Assembly: GCA_049521795.1 (NCBI GenBank)
Contig: JBEKOM010000011.1
Span: 1 to 64,000, forward strand
Reading direction: 5' to 3'
DNA: 64,000 nucleotides
Source of the DNA: Candidatus Bathyarchaeia archaeon
GTDB taxonomy: Archaea > Thermoproteota > Bathyarchaeia > Bathyarchaeales > Bathycorpusculaceae
Part shown: positions 19,396 to 30,663 of the stretch, piece after piece
Layout of the letters: every line of letters begins with the position of its first letter
Position numbering within the stretch: the first letter of the stretch is position 1
Program-made: the position numbers and the translations under genes
The notes under the pieces: generated by a model
The model's database searches: none
Seen by the model: the letters and a program-made list of their open reading frames with translations, nothing else
What the model was told of the DNA's origin: nothing

Positions 19396-20646
19396 TCAAG
19401 CTTCCTCGACTACTTCTTTGAGCAGATTCACGAAATCTAACGTTGAATCATCCCAATCAGAAAGGCTACTCACAAAGCGTTTGGCGTTCCTTCCAATTTG
19501 CAATGACTCTTTAGGATGTTCATACAAGAATAGAATTGCCCGAGCCAACGCATCCGAATCTCCAGGTTCAATGACAACTCCACGATCCTTGCCTAACGTC
19601 TCTGGCAGAATCCCCAGATTTGTTGTCACAACTACCTTGCCAAGACCCATAGCTTCAAGAACTGATAAGGGTGGTTCGCTGAACATCATCTCAAACGGAA
19701 GCGCGATCACATCAGATGTAAGGATGTATCTTTTCAATTCTGACCAGTTCAAAACACCCGAAACTATCTCGACGTAACCTTCAACTCCCAATTTTCTAAT
19801 CAGTTTCTTGAGATACTCTTCTTCCGAGGCCAAGTAGCCTTTACCGATTTCTGGCTTAGACACATTTCTTCGTGAAAGTATGACGACCTTGACGTTTTTG
19901 CATTTCATAACGATCTTCTTAATGCTCCGAATAAGAGTGTCCGTTCCTCTCAGTGTACAGGGTGAACCCATGTACGCGACTGTAAAAACCTCAGCCTCAC
20001 CTCGGGATTCTCTTTCGGGTTTCTCATTTGCAAGAGACGTGTCTGAATTCTTGATCCTGTTCATTTCAACAGCTAAGGGCATTATCGCAATCTTGCTCTC
20101 TTTAACGCCTAACCTGCAAAGTGATTCTCTGAGATATTGACCCGGAACGATGATCTTGCTTATCATGGCCGAGTTCGCCACGCTCCTTATGACAAACTTC
20201 GGCAATGCTGCCATGAACGCCTGATACAACAAAAAAGTGTGATGAGGATGAAAAACCTCCCGAAGGGACAATCGGCGGAGCAGCTCAATGCCGTTCATTC
20301 CCGTTTCTATATCCCAAACCAATGGCTTCATAATAGATTTTAGCCTAGTCAAATAGATGGCACTGAATAGTGTTCCGTACCAAATGACAACATCCGGTTT
20401 ACTTCTCGCTATTGCTTCCAGCAGTTCCCTCCTCCTCATGAGCGGAGCTAAAGAAAAATTACTTATTCGTGTTATCTGTATCCCATCTATTTCCTCCACT
20501 TCAGATTGTCCACAGCTTCTGTCAGAGACTATCGTTACAGAAATCGATCTCCTTGTTGCTCTTCGTGATATCTCATAGATGCGTCGCCAAGGTTGAAGCG
20601 ATAGTGACGACCGATCAAACCCCTGACAAACGATTGCTATGTTCAG
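19396..20646 (-). CDS. Glycosyltransferase family 4 (extended to a probable CTG start)
   Basis: EPPLSVLEAMGLGK. The frame is open 49 codons upstream of the track start, to CTG-AAC-ATA-GCA-ATC-GTT (MNIAIV, typical GT4 first strand), just after GAGG. Confidence 0.85.
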   Translation of the reverse strand: MNIAIVCQGFDRSSLSLQPWRRIYEISRRATRRSISVTIVSDRSCGQSEVEEIDGIQITRISNFSLAPLMRRRELLEAIARSKPDVVIWYGTLFSAIYLTRLKSIMKPLVWDIETGMNGIELLRRLSLREVFHPHHTFLLYQAFMAALPKFVIRSVANSAMISKIIVPGQYLRESLCRLGVKESKIAIMPLAVEMNRIKNSDTSLANEKPERESRGEAEVFTVAYMGSPCTLRGTDTLIRSIKKIVMKCKNVKVVILSRRNVSKPEIGKGYLASEEEYLKKLIRKLGVEGYVEIVSGVLNWSELKRYILTSDVIALPFEMMFSEPPLSVLEAMGLGKVVVTTNLGILPETLGKDRGVVIEPGDSDALARAILFLYEHPKESLQIGRNAKRFVSSLSDWDDSTLDFVNLLKEVVEEA

Positions 20647-20651
20647 TCTAA

Positions 20652-21860
20652 CTACCTCTCTTCACATCTGAGATCGGTTTCCGCTTCAGAATATAATTCT
20701 ACGTACTTTTCAGCCAAAGTGTTCCAATTGTGTTCTCTTTTCACGTATTCATAGGCGTTCTTCCCAATTCTGGAGCGTAGTTCCTCATCTTCCAAGAGCA
20801 CCTTGATTTTTCCAGAAAGATCTTGGACATCACCTGGTCTCGCAAGAAGGCCAGTGTGCATGTCGTGTATAATCTCGCGCGAAAACGGAAAATCGAAAGC
20901 GACGACTGGTTTTCTGCAAGCCATTGCTTCTAAGAAGGAGATAGGCTGAGCTTCATGCAAACTTGGCAATACGACTATGCTTGCCTTCTCGATTTCCTGA
21001 AACAATGTGGCCCTCGGAACATAACCTCTTACACTGATATTCTTGTTGAGACCAAAATCTGAGACTAGACGGTTTGTCTTCTCCTTAAAGGGTCCATCTC
21101 CAAATATTCGAACCTGAAGGTTTGGAAAATCCTTGCGCAATTCAGCAACGGCTTCTATAAGAAATTGCACACCCTTTGCCCATAAAAGACGGCCATAGAA
21201 TATTATTGAAGGGTTCCTCTCCTTATAACTGCTGGCGGTTGAGCTAAACTGGTTAAAGTCAACGCCGTTAGGGATTACTGTAGCTTTGCCTAACGCCAAA
21301 TTGGGATAAATACTCTTCAACTCCCCTAGTGTGCTCGCGCTGCAAACCGCAACCCTGTTGGAGTGCTTCAGGCAACGACCGTACAGAAATCTGTGCAACG
21401 GATACCCAAGAAGCTGAGTACCTACGTCTCCAAAAGTCCAAGAAGAAAAAGGTGAACTCAACATCTTCTTGATAGGATATACGTAGGTTCCGTGAACTGA
21501 CATTACAACAGGCTTGTTCAATCTTCTGCCAACGTAGGCAGTCGTAGCTCCTGCTTCTGGGTTAACTATGTGCAATACCGCATAATCTTTTAGCAATTTT
21601 GATAGCAGCTTGAAGTTTTGAAGCTGAAACCACAAGAACCGAGGGGGAAAATCAAGGCACGGCAGACGGACAATTTTCAGGTTCTTGTTCACCTTCTCGA
21701 GGGTCACTCTTTCTGCTTTACCACAGAAAACCGCTGTAGATACCCCATTTCTCGAGAGGGCATAAGCCAAGTCATGGCAAACTGAACCGATGCCACCAAA
21801 CGTGAATGGCGGAAACTCTTCCGAAATTAGAGCGACTCCAGACAGGTTCAAAAAAGACAC
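20652..21860 (-). CDS. Glycosyltransferase family 4
   Basis: EEFPPFTFGGIG, VIPNGVD, GRLLWAKG, EAQPISFLEAMA. Confidence 0.92.
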   Translation of the reverse strand: MSFLNLSGVALISEEFPPFTFGGIGSVCHDLAYALSRNGVSTAVFCGKAERVTLEKVNKNLKIVRLPCLDFPPRFLWFQLQNFKLLSKLLKDYAVLHIVNPEAGATTAYVGRRLNKPVVMSVHGTYVYPIKKMLSSPFSSWTFGDVGTQLLGYPLHRFLYGRCLKHSNRVAVCSASTLGELKSIYPNLALGKATVIPNGVDFNQFSSTASSYKERNPSIIFYGRLLWAKGVQFLIEAVAELRKDFPNLQVRIFGDGPFKEKTNRLVSDFGLNKNISVRGYVPRATLFQEIEKASIVVLPSLHEAQPISFLEAMACRKPVVAFDFPFSREIIHDMHTGLLARPGDVQDLSGKIKVLLEDEELRSRIGKNAYEYVKREHNWNTLAEKYVELYSEAETDLRCEER

Positions 21861-21871
21861 ATCCGCACCAG

Positions 21872-23080
21872 TTATCGCGCGCGGGCGCTAAGTTCCAAGA
21901 GGTTTTTCAATAGTATTTGCTCCAACGTTTCCGCGAGGACGCTCACATCATATTTGTTAGCAAACTCCAGTGCCTTCAGAGACAATCGGCGCCTCATGCC
22001 TTCATCACTTAGCATAACTGAAGCAATACGAACAAACTCGTGTACATTATGATAGAAAAAAACATGTTCACTCCCGAGTGCGATTACTTCTGGCAAAGGC
22101 GTTGAGATTATAGGCTTCCCGTATGCAGAGTACACGAAGAGCTTCTCAGGGAGACGTATTATCGAACTGAAACTATCCGTCTTGTACGGCATTACGCAGC
22201 AGCAAGCTGAACCCAGATAATCAGCAAGTTGCTGATCGGAAACGTACCCAACAATTTCAACTCGTGAAGCAAGTCCAGAAGTTTCTACGAAGCTTTCTAT
22301 GTATGTTCTGAACTCTTCTTTTCGCCATGGACCAATGATCACAGTTTTGATCTCTGGAAATTTCGTACTCAATAAGCGCGTGGCCTCAAGAGGTGTTATT
22401 AGATCCAACCAATTGTCAATCACTCCCATGATTGCCATAATACTACAGGATTGATCAATATTCTTATCAGATATTTGTTCGCTTGAGAGACTTCTGTGTT
22501 TGGTGATGTCAACACCATTAGGCAAGAAGTAGCAAGATTTCTTATTGTCAATACTGCGAACATTGTTAACCAATGAGCGGCAGACGGCCAAGCATACATG
22601 AGACAATTTTATGTTCAACTTAGTTATTGCTAGAGTGACTCCTTCCACCATCTTTTTCATTATTTGCGATGAGCCTTCATAATATATTGAAGCAGATTCT
22701 GGAAAATAGTCAGAGAAATCGAACACTTTTAGAACCGAATCGCTAGAAACAAGAAAAGCGATTAAGCCACCGAGAATATTCTCATTGATCACAACATCAA
22801 TCTTAAGCTCACGAATAGCCTTGAACATTGCAGGACCTTGAAATAGAGCATTTATGGCAAAGAATATGGCTGGATCACTAACCCAGAGCGTTCTTGGTTT
22901 GATTAGATTTACCCTTTTTGCGGTTCTCTTAACTCGCTCACCTCTGTAAATGTCAAAATGCCATGCATAGACGTTGTGCCCTTTCTCGGCAAGTTTTTCA
23001 GCAATGTTATCAATATGACCATGCCCAGGTGCTCGCATCCAGTCATTCGTTGGGATCACAAGTATATTCATAAGGTCCAT
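21872..23080 (-). CDS. Glycosyltransferase family 4-like
   Basis: LPNGVD, GVIDNWLD, LPEKLFVYSAYGKP. Confidence 0.85.
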   Translation of the reverse strand: MDLMNILVIPTNDWMRAPGHGHIDNIAEKLAEKGHNVYAWHFDIYRGERVKRTAKRVNLIKPRTLWVSDPAIFFAINALFQGPAMFKAIRELKIDVVINENILGGLIAFLVSSDSVLKVFDFSDYFPESASIYYEGSSQIMKKMVEGVTLAITKLNIKLSHVCLAVCRSLVNNVRSIDNKKSCYFLPNGVDITKHRSLSSEQISDKNIDQSCSIMAIMGVIDNWLDLITPLEATRLLSTKFPEIKTVIIGPWRKEEFRTYIESFVETSGLASRVEIVGYVSDQQLADYLGSACCCVMPYKTDSFSSIIRLPEKLFVYSAYGKPIISTPLPEVIALGSEHVFFYHNVHEFVRIASVMLSDEGMRRRLSLKALEFANKYDVSVLAETLEQILLKNLLELSARAR

Positions 23081-23201
23081 ATCCTTCTGAGCTTGGAGGC
23101 TATCACAGTCATTCGAGTTTTGGGAATATTCAGAGGTGAAGTCGCCACAACGCCGTCATTGGATGCAAATTTCCTTGCCTGTGGGCGTTAAAATTTGGGC
23201 C

Positions 23202-24626
23202 TCAGACCCGGAATTCCGCTTTTGTTTCATCTGTCAAGGTGACTATTTCTCTTGGCAAACTCAGTAGCAATTCATTGTCAGAAGTCAATACGTTCAGCAA
23301 TTCCTCATATGTCCCCAAGTTCGTCTGGTCTGCGAGTTCGTAGTCAGGATGTACAAGAATAGTACAAAGACCATTCATTTGCTTAATAGTATTGATCATG
23401 CTTACCCATTGATGTATGGCTTCATGGGGACGCAGCTTTGATATCTTCATCAATTGGTGGTCCTGTGGCAATGAGACGGGAATTTCGAGAACACTTCCAA
23501 TAAACAGAGGGAACACGGTCGAAATCCCGTGAGGTTTCATAGTTGTCGGGTGTCTGGGCTCCCACGTTGGTATTGAAGTGTCATAAGAATAGCCAGCGAG
23601 ACCCAAAGCTTGCAAAATTGAAGAATTGTGTTCAAGAAGAGGCGCCCGAAATCCAGTGATTTTTTCCCTTACGATTATTTCCAGCATTTGCCTCGCTTCC
23701 CTCAACCTTGGAACCAATCTGTCCATGGAAATGGCACCAAGCCTCCCATCGTGCTTCGTATCATGCGCACCCACTTCTCCCCAATCTGCAAGCTCTTTGA
23801 CTATCTCCAAGTCCAGCCTATATCTTTTCGAAGGCACAAACCAAGCCGAACGTACGCCGTACTTAGATTCGATTCTCTTTAGCTGACCCGCTCTTCGCAG
23901 ACCCCTCCCAGTATCAATGTCATGGGTAAGAAGAACTGCGCACTTCTTGCCTTTCCAAGTGTTCGTGACGAGTTTCTTCTTAGACAATTTTTCTATTGCC
24001 GTCGCAAGAATGTGTCTTAAGGCGTCTAGTGACAGAACGTCGCAGAGATTTGCGACGTTTTGTTTCTCAGTCTTGCCCATTAGAAATTCCCTAGTCTTCG
24101 TTGGGGCATAGGTGTACGGGATTGGCAAGCCAGTGAGGAACCGATAAAGAGGCGTTGGTTTAACGTTCAACGTCTCAAATAGTATATTCTTGTATTCTTT
24201 CACAACATCTACGCTTAGAAATAGTAGATAGTCATCTATCTGTCTGAATATCTCTTGTGTATTATGAGGTCTTGAGCCACCTCGTCCATCAAAAGAGTAT
24301 GCCACTCGCGGATGCGCTTTCAGTTCAATTCCTGAATTAGTAAATAGTGAAATAGGTTCACCATGACACGTCGAAACCCTCAGTTTTATAGCTTCAGTCC
24401 ATCTTGCGAAACTGGAAGAATTCGAAGGCACAGCGATCGTTTTTTTTGTTTCAGAAGGCTTTTCGTTGTAGGCAATTGCAACTTCAGCTTGGTCTAAACT
24501 GGTAAAAGAACAAGCCCAAGGGGACAGAAGTTCACGTATTACTTCCGCCTCTGGGGCGCGCGCTTGAACAGCTACTTTCAAACGATCCTTTCTCCACGTG
24601 AATATTGCTGTGCTAATCCTTGGCAC
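23202..24626 (-). CDS. Polysaccharide deacetylase family protein
   Basis: LTHDID, EVGAHDTKHDG, GFRAP, YDTS, LVHPD. Confidence 0.85.
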   Translation of the reverse strand: MPRISTAIFTWRKDRLKVAVQARAPEAEVIRELLSPWACSFTSLDQAEVAIAYNEKPSETKKTIAVPSNSSSFARWTEAIKLRVSTCHGEPISLFTNSGIELKAHPRVAYSFDGRGGSRPHNTQEIFRQIDDYLLFLSVDVVKEYKNILFETLNVKPTPLYRFLTGLPIPYTYAPTKTREFLMGKTEKQNVANLCDVLSLDALRHILATAIEKLSKKKLVTNTWKGKKCAVLLTHDIDTGRGLRRAGQLKRIESKYGVRSAWFVPSKRYRLDLEIVKELADWGEVGAHDTKHDGRLGAISMDRLVPRLREARQMLEIIVREKITGFRAPLLEHNSSILQALGLAGYSYDTSIPTWEPRHPTTMKPHGISTVFPLFIGSVLEIPVSLPQDHQLMKISKLRPHEAIHQWVSMINTIKQMNGLCTILVHPDYELADQTNLGTYEELLNVLTSDNELLLSLPREIVTLTDETKAEFRV

Positions 24627-25356
24627 CCAACTTCAAGTAGACCAGTGGTCCAACGATTTTCCACCAGTCTCGAAAAGGAGAGATCTTTGAATATCCACCT
24701 TTGTAGTTGTATGGATAGATTTTCGATACCGGAACTTCCTTCATTTTGTAGCCAAGCGTGAGAACTTTGTAGTGAATATAGTACTCTAATTCATAACCGT
24801 CGAGCCAGTCTTGCCATATGTTGATTCTTTTGTCCGAGAAAATCTTCAATCTGTATGCTCTAAACCCATTTGTCACGTCAGTGCATCTGGTGTTCGTCAG
24901 AAAAGTCCAAAGGTATGGATAGAGACGACTAAAAACTCCTCTCAGAAAGGGGTTCTTTACACGCTTTCCTCCAGGCAGAAATCTTGATCCTTGCACGTAA
25001 TCATATCCATCGTTCAATATTGAACCCAAAAACCGAGGAATTTCCGCAGGATCATCCTTTCCATTACCTGCCATGATCACGGCAGTGGAGTATCCATTTT
25101 CAATCGCATACTTGATCCCATCTCTTATAGCGTGTCCTACCCCTTTTCTTTTCCTGTTGCTAATAATGTGAACGGGAGTTCTGATTTTGTTCGCTCCTCT
25201 CCTCATTTCGTCCAGGTCCTCTGGAGTTGCACTGTCAACAACTAAGCATATCTTTCTAACAGAGCCGTCCCTGAACCTGGGAAGAACTTTCAGCACATTG
25301 TCCCTATCCTTGTAGACAGGTATTATTGCAATGACCCCTGAGACAGAGTTATTCAT
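24613..25356 (-). CDS. Glycosyltransferase family 2 (DPM synthase-like)
   Basis: [30 protein letters not shown]. Confidence 0.9.
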   Translation of the reverse strand: MNNSVSGVIAIIPVYKDRDNVLKVLPRFRDGSVRKICLVVDSATPEDLDEMRRGANKIRTPVHIISNRKRKGVGHAIRDGIKYAIENGYSTAVIMAGNGKDDPAEIPRFLGSILNDGYDYVQGSRFLPGGKRVKNPFLRGVFSRLYPYLWTFLTNTRCTDVTNGFRAYRLKIFSDKRINIWQDWLDGYELEYYIHYKVLTLGYKMKEVPVSKIYPYNYKGGYSKISPFRDWWKIVGPLVYLKLGAKD

Positions 25357-25856
25357 TCTTTATCCCTGTAACCTATTATGCAACAAGGATTTCCCGCTGC
25401 GATTGCCTTGTCTGGAACATCCTTCGTCACCACTGAACCCGCTCCAATCAATGCCTCTTCTCCAATCGTCACACCAGGCAATATGACGCTGTTGGCTCCT
25501 ATCGAAGCTCCTCTCTTGACTGTCGTTCGGAGAAGGTTCCATTTCCCTTTGACCTTGGGGTACTTGTCGTTAGTGAACGATACATTGGGTCCGACAAAGA
25601 CATCATCTTCAATCGTCACTCCAGTAGGGATAAAGACGAATGGTCTGATTTTGCAGTTGTCGCCGATGACAACTCCTTCTTCAATGTAGACGAAGGCATC
25701 GATTTTGCAGTTCTTTCCAATCTTGCAATTGTACAGATTTACCTGATCATGTACGATTGTTCCTTGACCTACGCTAACGTTTTTCAGCAACGAGTATCTA
25801 GGCATTCTTTTGGCTCCCGTCTCGCAGGTCATTCTTAACTGTCGCGCCTGTCTCAA
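25353..25856 (-). CDS. Hexapeptide-repeat sugar N-acyltransferase (WbpD/FdtC-like)
   Basis: Hexapeptide repeats, [20 protein letters not shown]...GNP. Confidence 0.9.
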   Translation of the reverse strand: MRQARQLRMTCETGAKRMPRYSLLKNVSVGQGTIVHDQVNLYNCKIGKNCKIDAFVYIEEGVVIGDNCKIRPFVFIPTGVTIEDDVFVGPNVSFTNDKYPKVKGKWNLLRTTVKRGASIGANSVILPGVTIGEEALIGAGSVVTKDVPDKAIAAGNPCCIIGYRDKE

Positions 25857-26871
25857 GTGACTTCTTCATGTTTTCAAGGACAGCTACGTTTCCAGCACCG
25901 ACCATCCCTGGGTTTCTTGAGTTTTTGCCGGTTATTATGCTTTCAGCAAAATGACTCACTTCGTCGAAAATTGTGTTGTTCTTAACCACGTTGAGGTTAA
26001 GACTTTCCTTATCACCATTCTCATTGACCTGGATTGTCTGTTCTAGGCAATCGACAGTCGCAGCTCTTTCCGACCCTATGATTGTCACTTGTCTAGCCTT
26101 TCCTGGTTCTAGCCAGCTTAGCTCTATGTGAGCAATCAGTTTTTGGTCGAATTCCAACGTGGCATAGGCTAATTCTTCGAGGGTTTTTCTTCTATATGCC
26201 TTTGCCTTGCAGGTCACCGTTTCAGGCCATTTGCTCAACAAGAAGTTCAAAATGTCGACTGGATGCGGACCAAGATCGAAAATTATGTCTCTACCCAACG
26301 GGGAGGGGCAAAGTGTTGTCCACTGAAGTTTCAGATAATACAACTCACCCAGATAGTTCTGAACCATCAGGTCCCTCATCATTTTCAAAGCATTGTTAAA
26401 CCTGAATATGTGCCCTACTTGCAGAATCAAATGTTTATGTTCGGCCATTCTAACTAGCTCCCACGCGCTTTTCGCATGCAGTGCCATGGGTTTCTCCAAT
26501 AGCACGTTTTTGCCTGCATTGAGCGCTTCCATGCAGATCTGGTTGTGCGTCTCGTTGGGAGTGCATATGTGAACAGCGTTAATAGCCTCAGAACTGAGCA
26601 CCGTCGAATAGTCATCAGTCAACTTCTCGTCTGACAGATGAAAGGCTTCACTACACGATTTCAGATTCTCACCTTTCAAGTCGCAGACCATCAACAGATG
26701 GACCTTGGGGTTGATGCTGCTGAGGCGAGTATACTCTGATAACACTTTTCTGCCCCAATATCCACTGCCTATGACGGCCACATTCACTGATTCTGCCAAT
26801 TTCAATCCCTCCTTTTCATGTCGTCTCAGAAAATTCATGAATGCAGTCGCTGATGAAAGTGATTTCATCAC
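25798..26871 (-). CDS. Gfo/Idh/MocA oxidoreductase (WbpB-like)
   Basis: [33 protein letters not shown]. Confidence 0.9.
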   Translation of the reverse strand: MMKSLSSATAFMNFLRRHEKEGLKLAESVNVAVIGSGYWGRKVLSEYTRLSSINPKVHLLMVCDLKGENLKSCSEAFHLSDEKLTDDYSTVLSSEAINAVHICTPNETHNQICMEALNAGKNVLLEKPMALHAKSAWELVRMAEHKHLILQVGHIFRFNNALKMMRDLMVQNYLGELYYLKLQWTTLCPSPLGRDIIFDLGPHPVDILNFLLSKWPETVTCKAKAYRRKTLEELAYATLEFDQKLIAHIELSWLEPGKARQVTIIGSERAATVDCLEQTIQVNENGDKESLNLNVVKNNTIFDEVSHFAESIITGKNSRNPGMVGAGNVAVLENMKKSLETGATVKNDLRDGSQKNA

Positions 26872-27979
26872 TCGACAGGTCAGGATACATAGGTATGCTT
26901 AGGCATGTTCTACAGAATTCCTCGCTTTTCGGATACATCCCTTCTCTAAATCCATACATTCTCCTGTAAACTGGCTGCAAATGAATCGGCAGCGGGTAAT
27001 GTATCCCGCATTGTATCCCTCGCGTTTCCAACCATGTCTTGAGGCTATCGCGGCGTTTCGTTCTGATTACGTAAAGATGATAGACAGGTCTCGTTTCACC
27101 ATCGCCTTTCGGAGGCAGAACCACTCCATCAATGTCAGACAATAGATGATCGTACGCTTTCGCGTTTCTTCTTCGCTTTTCATTCCACTCGTCAAGACGT
27201 TTAAGTTGTACTCTGCCAATTGCCGCGTTGACGGTGTTCAAACGAGCCGTGTAGCCAATCAAATCATGAACGTACTGGGTCTTTCTTCCGCAATCTCTCA
27301 GCTTTGCAGCTTTGACAGCCATCTTCTTATTGTTAGTGACCAGGATTCCGCCGTCACCACAAACTGTCATATTCTTAGATGGGTAGAAACTGAAACACGC
27401 AACGTCACCGAGACTCCCGATCTTCCTGCGCTTATAAACAGCCCCATGAGCCTGGCAAGCATCTTCAACCACGCTCACTTTATGCTTGTTAGCCCACTCT
27501 CTTATTGCATCCATCTCTGCTGGATACCCAAAAAGATGAACAGGAATGACTGCTCTCGTTTTCGGTTTCATGGCTTGCTCTATCATTTTAGGATCAATAG
27601 CATATGTTTCCATGAGGATGTCGGCGAAAATGGGTGTTGCACCAGCATGAATAATTGCATTGGAAGAGGCGACAAACGAGGTTGTCGAAGTAATCACCTC
27701 CATACCTTCCGCAATTCCCAGAGTTGTCAAGGCGATCTGCAGGGCATCCGTTCCAGAATTCGTGGAAACAGCATAATCTACACCACAGTACCTAGCGAAC
27801 TCTTCTTCAAACCTGAAAACACTCTCCCCCAAGACAAACCGTTCAGAAGAAAGAGCATTAAGAGCGGCCTTTTCCATTTCCTTGTCAAATACCGGTTTCA
27901 TCAGAGGGATCTTCACTTTAGGCATCCCATGTTGAGCTTTCACGACCATCACATTTTCCTCCTGAGGTTCATCCTTCAA
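26816..27979 (-). CDS. DegT/DnrJ/EryC1/StrS aminotransferase (WbpE-like)
   Basis: NSGTDAL, PVHLFG, EDACQAHG, SFYPSKN, GIHYP. Confidence 0.93.
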   Translation of the reverse strand: MKDEPQEENVMVVKAQHGMPKVKIPLMKPVFDKEMEKAALNALSSERFVLGESVFRFEEEFARYCGVDYAVSTNSGTDALQIALTTLGIAEGMEVITSTTSFVASSNAIIHAGATPIFADILMETYAIDPKMIEQAMKPKTRAVIPVHLFGYPAEMDAIREWANKHKVSVVEDACQAHGAVYKRRKIGSLGDVACFSFYPSKNMTVCGDGGILVTNNKKMAVKAAKLRDCGRKTQYVHDLIGYTARLNTVNAAIGRVQLKRLDEWNEKRRRNAKAYDHLLSDIDGVVLPPKGDGETRPVYHLYVIRTKRRDSLKTWLETRGIQCGIHYPLPIHLQPVYRRMYGFREGMYPKSEEFCRTCLSIPMYPDLSSDEITFISDCIHEFSETT

Positions 27980-28237
27980 ACACGTCCAGCTTCGAAACGA
28001 CAGAATTCAGAGCATAATATATGAGGCTGGCATCAAATTGAAAGCAACCGAAACGTCTTGTAGGGCCGGAATAGGATATGAACTCGGCGACGCATTAGTG
28101 CCTTTAATGGAGAATATGGTTGCACGGATTATCGCTGATTCCCTCTCAGCCATTCTAGGTCGGTTCAATCTAAGGTCAAATTGTTGATAAGGTTTCTGGC
28201 GATATAAGTGTTGATAGAAGACAGTTCTATAACGACT

Positions 28238-29944
28238 CTAAACTTTCCATAACTCCGAGTCCAACTTCTCATTCTCGTTCAGTACGGACTCCAAATAGAC
28301 ATCACTTTCTAAGCTACCCTTTTTGCTCAAATGCTGGATCCATTGGTCACTTGTTTCTTTTAACCCAATATTCACAGCATAATCTATTATGCTAGGTATC
28401 AAGCTCAAAACATTCAAGGCATTCTCAATAATCTTCAATTCATACTTAACCACTGAAAGATGAGACGATCTACAGATTTCAGTGTGACTCATAGAGACAT
28501 ATCGAAGCCTTTCTTTCAATTCCTGATCGTTTGGGCTTCTGCTCAACTCCTCGATGAGGCTCCTCTTTGATGTCTCAATTTCATGAAGTCGCTCATGGAT
28601 CTCAGAGATACGAGACATTAGCATATTTTTGGCCTCAGAAAGATTCCGAGCTCCTGAAGCATCACAAACCCGCCGAAGTTCCAACAAAGCCTCCACCTGT
28701 CCAACGCCAGAATATTTATCACGAGGTCGCCAGATAACAATTGGCGGGAAGAAAATCTCAAGTCCTTTTGCGACATGCTGAGCTTCCGCCAAATATTGTG
28801 CGCCAGCAGCCCCTCCAACATAGGAAGAAGGCTGCAAACCGTTGAAAAACACTAATCCCATCGGGATAGCTCTTGCCGAAATCTGCGAGGCTATGCCCAA
28901 TATATCAGGATTGTCTTTACCACCAAAATCTAGCTCGTAGTGTTCTTGGCAACGAACGCAATTCCCATTCCCAAACAACATACCGTCTTTCTCCTCCAAG
29001 AATAACTTAGCTTTGCTTCCACATTGGCAGTGATACCAGAAAGGAGCCAGATAAGGCTCTTGATCCGAAACGCCGCCCGTTATGCCCTCAGCGTGCGGCA
29101 TCTCCATGGCTTCCTGCAGCAGCCTAGAATAGTCCTTGAAACGCGAAAGCAGGAAACAAAACTCGGGAGCAAAAGTCTGTTGACATTCCGAGAACCGCGC
29201 AAAAACCGTGTCATACCCCCAAGCGTCATTCACAATTCTCGACATCAAGAAGCTATTGAAGTCAGAGTACGTCCTCGAGCGCTCCCAACAATCTTCGGTA
29301 ATCTTCCAAAAAGAACCCAGATTTTCATGTAACACCGACACTGTGGAACTTGGACATGCTTCCTGAAGACCCAGCTGCCTGCAGAGCCTTTCCGTTGACC
29401 CAATGGTCTCATTCAGCCATTTTTCAATCTCAGACTTCCACTGCGACAGCAGATCACGCGAAGGCTTCGGCACCTTGTTCAGCATCAACTTTTCAGGAAG
29501 CTTCACTTCTATTGACAGCAGGCCACCGCTTCTCTGAACAGCAGGAAGCTCACAAGACCTTACCCACCGGTCGTCCGTGAAATCTTGGTCGGCTATCCCG
29601 AAAAAACTGACGACCGGAATCTTCAACGCACTTTCCAGCTTCTTTGCCAGGACAAAGTTCAAAGTAGCTTTGCGCAGGACACCACTGTAAGCAAAAAAGT
29701 TCGGCTGATGAGCAGTCATGAGCACGATGCAATTTCCACTTTCTAAATCTTCCAATCTCTTTTTAACGGAAGACGTTAACGTTCCACAGTCATCATGGAA
29801 AAGTCTCGCAAACCCCGCGAGATCAGCTCTCCGTTTTCTTACACGTTCCAAACTTGTCTCGTTCTTGTTTTGTTCAATAAAAGAGACACATGCTTTCAGA
29901 AGCTCCCCAAAACTATTGGGAAAAGCACCGCATGTCTCGATCAT
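28238..29944 (-). CDS. BshC-like Rossmann-fold protein with Cys-rich insert and coiled coil
   Basis: LMTAHQPNFF...RKA and PVVSFFGIADQD resemble BshC VTGQQ...KA and PVFW.A.EDHD; YVGGAAGAQY; CQC...CVRC. Confidence 0.65.
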   Translation of the reverse strand: MIETCGAFPNSFGELLKACVSFIEQNKNETSLERVRKRRADLAGFARLFHDDCGTLTSSVKKRLEDLESGNCIVLMTAHQPNFFAYSGVLRKATLNFVLAKKLESALKIPVVSFFGIADQDFTDDRWVRSCELPAVQRSGGLLSIEVKLPEKLMLNKVPKPSRDLLSQWKSEIEKWLNETIGSTERLCRQLGLQEACPSSTVSVLHENLGSFWKITEDCWERSRTYSDFNSFLMSRIVNDAWGYDTVFARFSECQQTFAPEFCFLLSRFKDYSRLLQEAMEMPHAEGITGGVSDQEPYLAPFWYHCQCGSKAKLFLEEKDGMLFGNGNCVRCQEHYELDFGGKDNPDILGIASQISARAIPMGLVFFNGLQPSSYVGGAAGAQYLAEAQHVAKGLEIFFPPIVIWRPRDKYSGVGQVEALLELRRVCDASGARNLSEAKNMLMSRISEIHERLHEIETSKRSLIEELSRSPNDQELKERLRYVSMSHTEICRSSHLSVVKYELKIIENALNVLSLIPSIIDYAVNIGLKETSDQWIQHLSKKGSLESDVYLESVLNENEKLDSELWKV

Positions 29945-29953
29945 AAGTTGTCC

Positions 29954-30571
29954 TCAAATGTCAAAGATGAATTTTCCAACCTCGAAGGCCTCTGCCACGT
30001 CTACTCCGGCCTGATAGCCTCGAAACTTGGCCAATCCTTCAATAGCCTTCATGGCCACTGTGTACACTCCGTGATTGCTGAATTGTGACCCATACACGTG
30101 CGTCATCTTCATTTTCAATTCGAAAGTATTCTTTACGTCCACAAAAACCTGAGGAGTGAAATCCCTCTGCGTGCTAGCCCCCTCATACATCAAGATGATT
30201 TTACAGCGTCGGCAAGCCGACAATGTTGCGTACCCCGCATTCCTATGGTCTTGGTGCGTGTCCTTTAATGTTGGCGCATATATGATGTCAGGCTTAACCT
30301 CATCAACAACCTTCTCGATAGCGTCAATCGTCTCTCGCCCATCATGAACCTTCGTGTCAGGAAGATCTCCGAAGAACAGACCATCAACACCCAGAATTCC
30401 AGCCGATCTCCTACACTCATCCTCTCTAACTCGTGCAGAACCTGAAGCCTCCCCCTTTGTCAGCACAAGAAGATACACTTTGTCCCCTCTCAACTTGTGC
30501 AACGCCAGGGTCCCTGCGCATCCCAATTCGACGTCATCAGGATGCGCGCCAACAGCCAATATAGACTTCAT
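29954..30571 (-). CDS. PIG-L family N-acetyl-sugar deacetylase (BshB/LmbE-like)
   Basis: VGAHPDDVE, LTKGE, DTHQDH, AEAF. Confidence 0.92.
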   Translation of the reverse strand: MKSILAVGAHPDDVELGCAGTLALHKLRGDKVYLLVLTKGEASGSARVREDECRRSAGILGVDGLFFGDLPDTKVHDGRETIDAIEKVVDEVKPDIIYAPTLKDTHQDHRNAGYATLSACRRCKIILMYEGASTQRDFTPQVFVDVKNTFELKMKMTHVYGSQFSNHGVYTVAMKAIEGLAKFRGYQAGVDVAEAFEVGKFIFDI

Positions 30572-30663
30572 CTTTTAGCACCAGCGACTTTGAACCACAC
30601 TCTTATTCTCAGGCAGCGATTTAAAATCATGTAGAAGAAAAATCTAGAACAATGTTACATGTT

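Noticed and set aside
27146-28024. 292-aa plus-strand ORF
   Set aside because: Antisense shadow of the DegT gene with no motifs. The same applies to most other short overlapping ORFs in the track.
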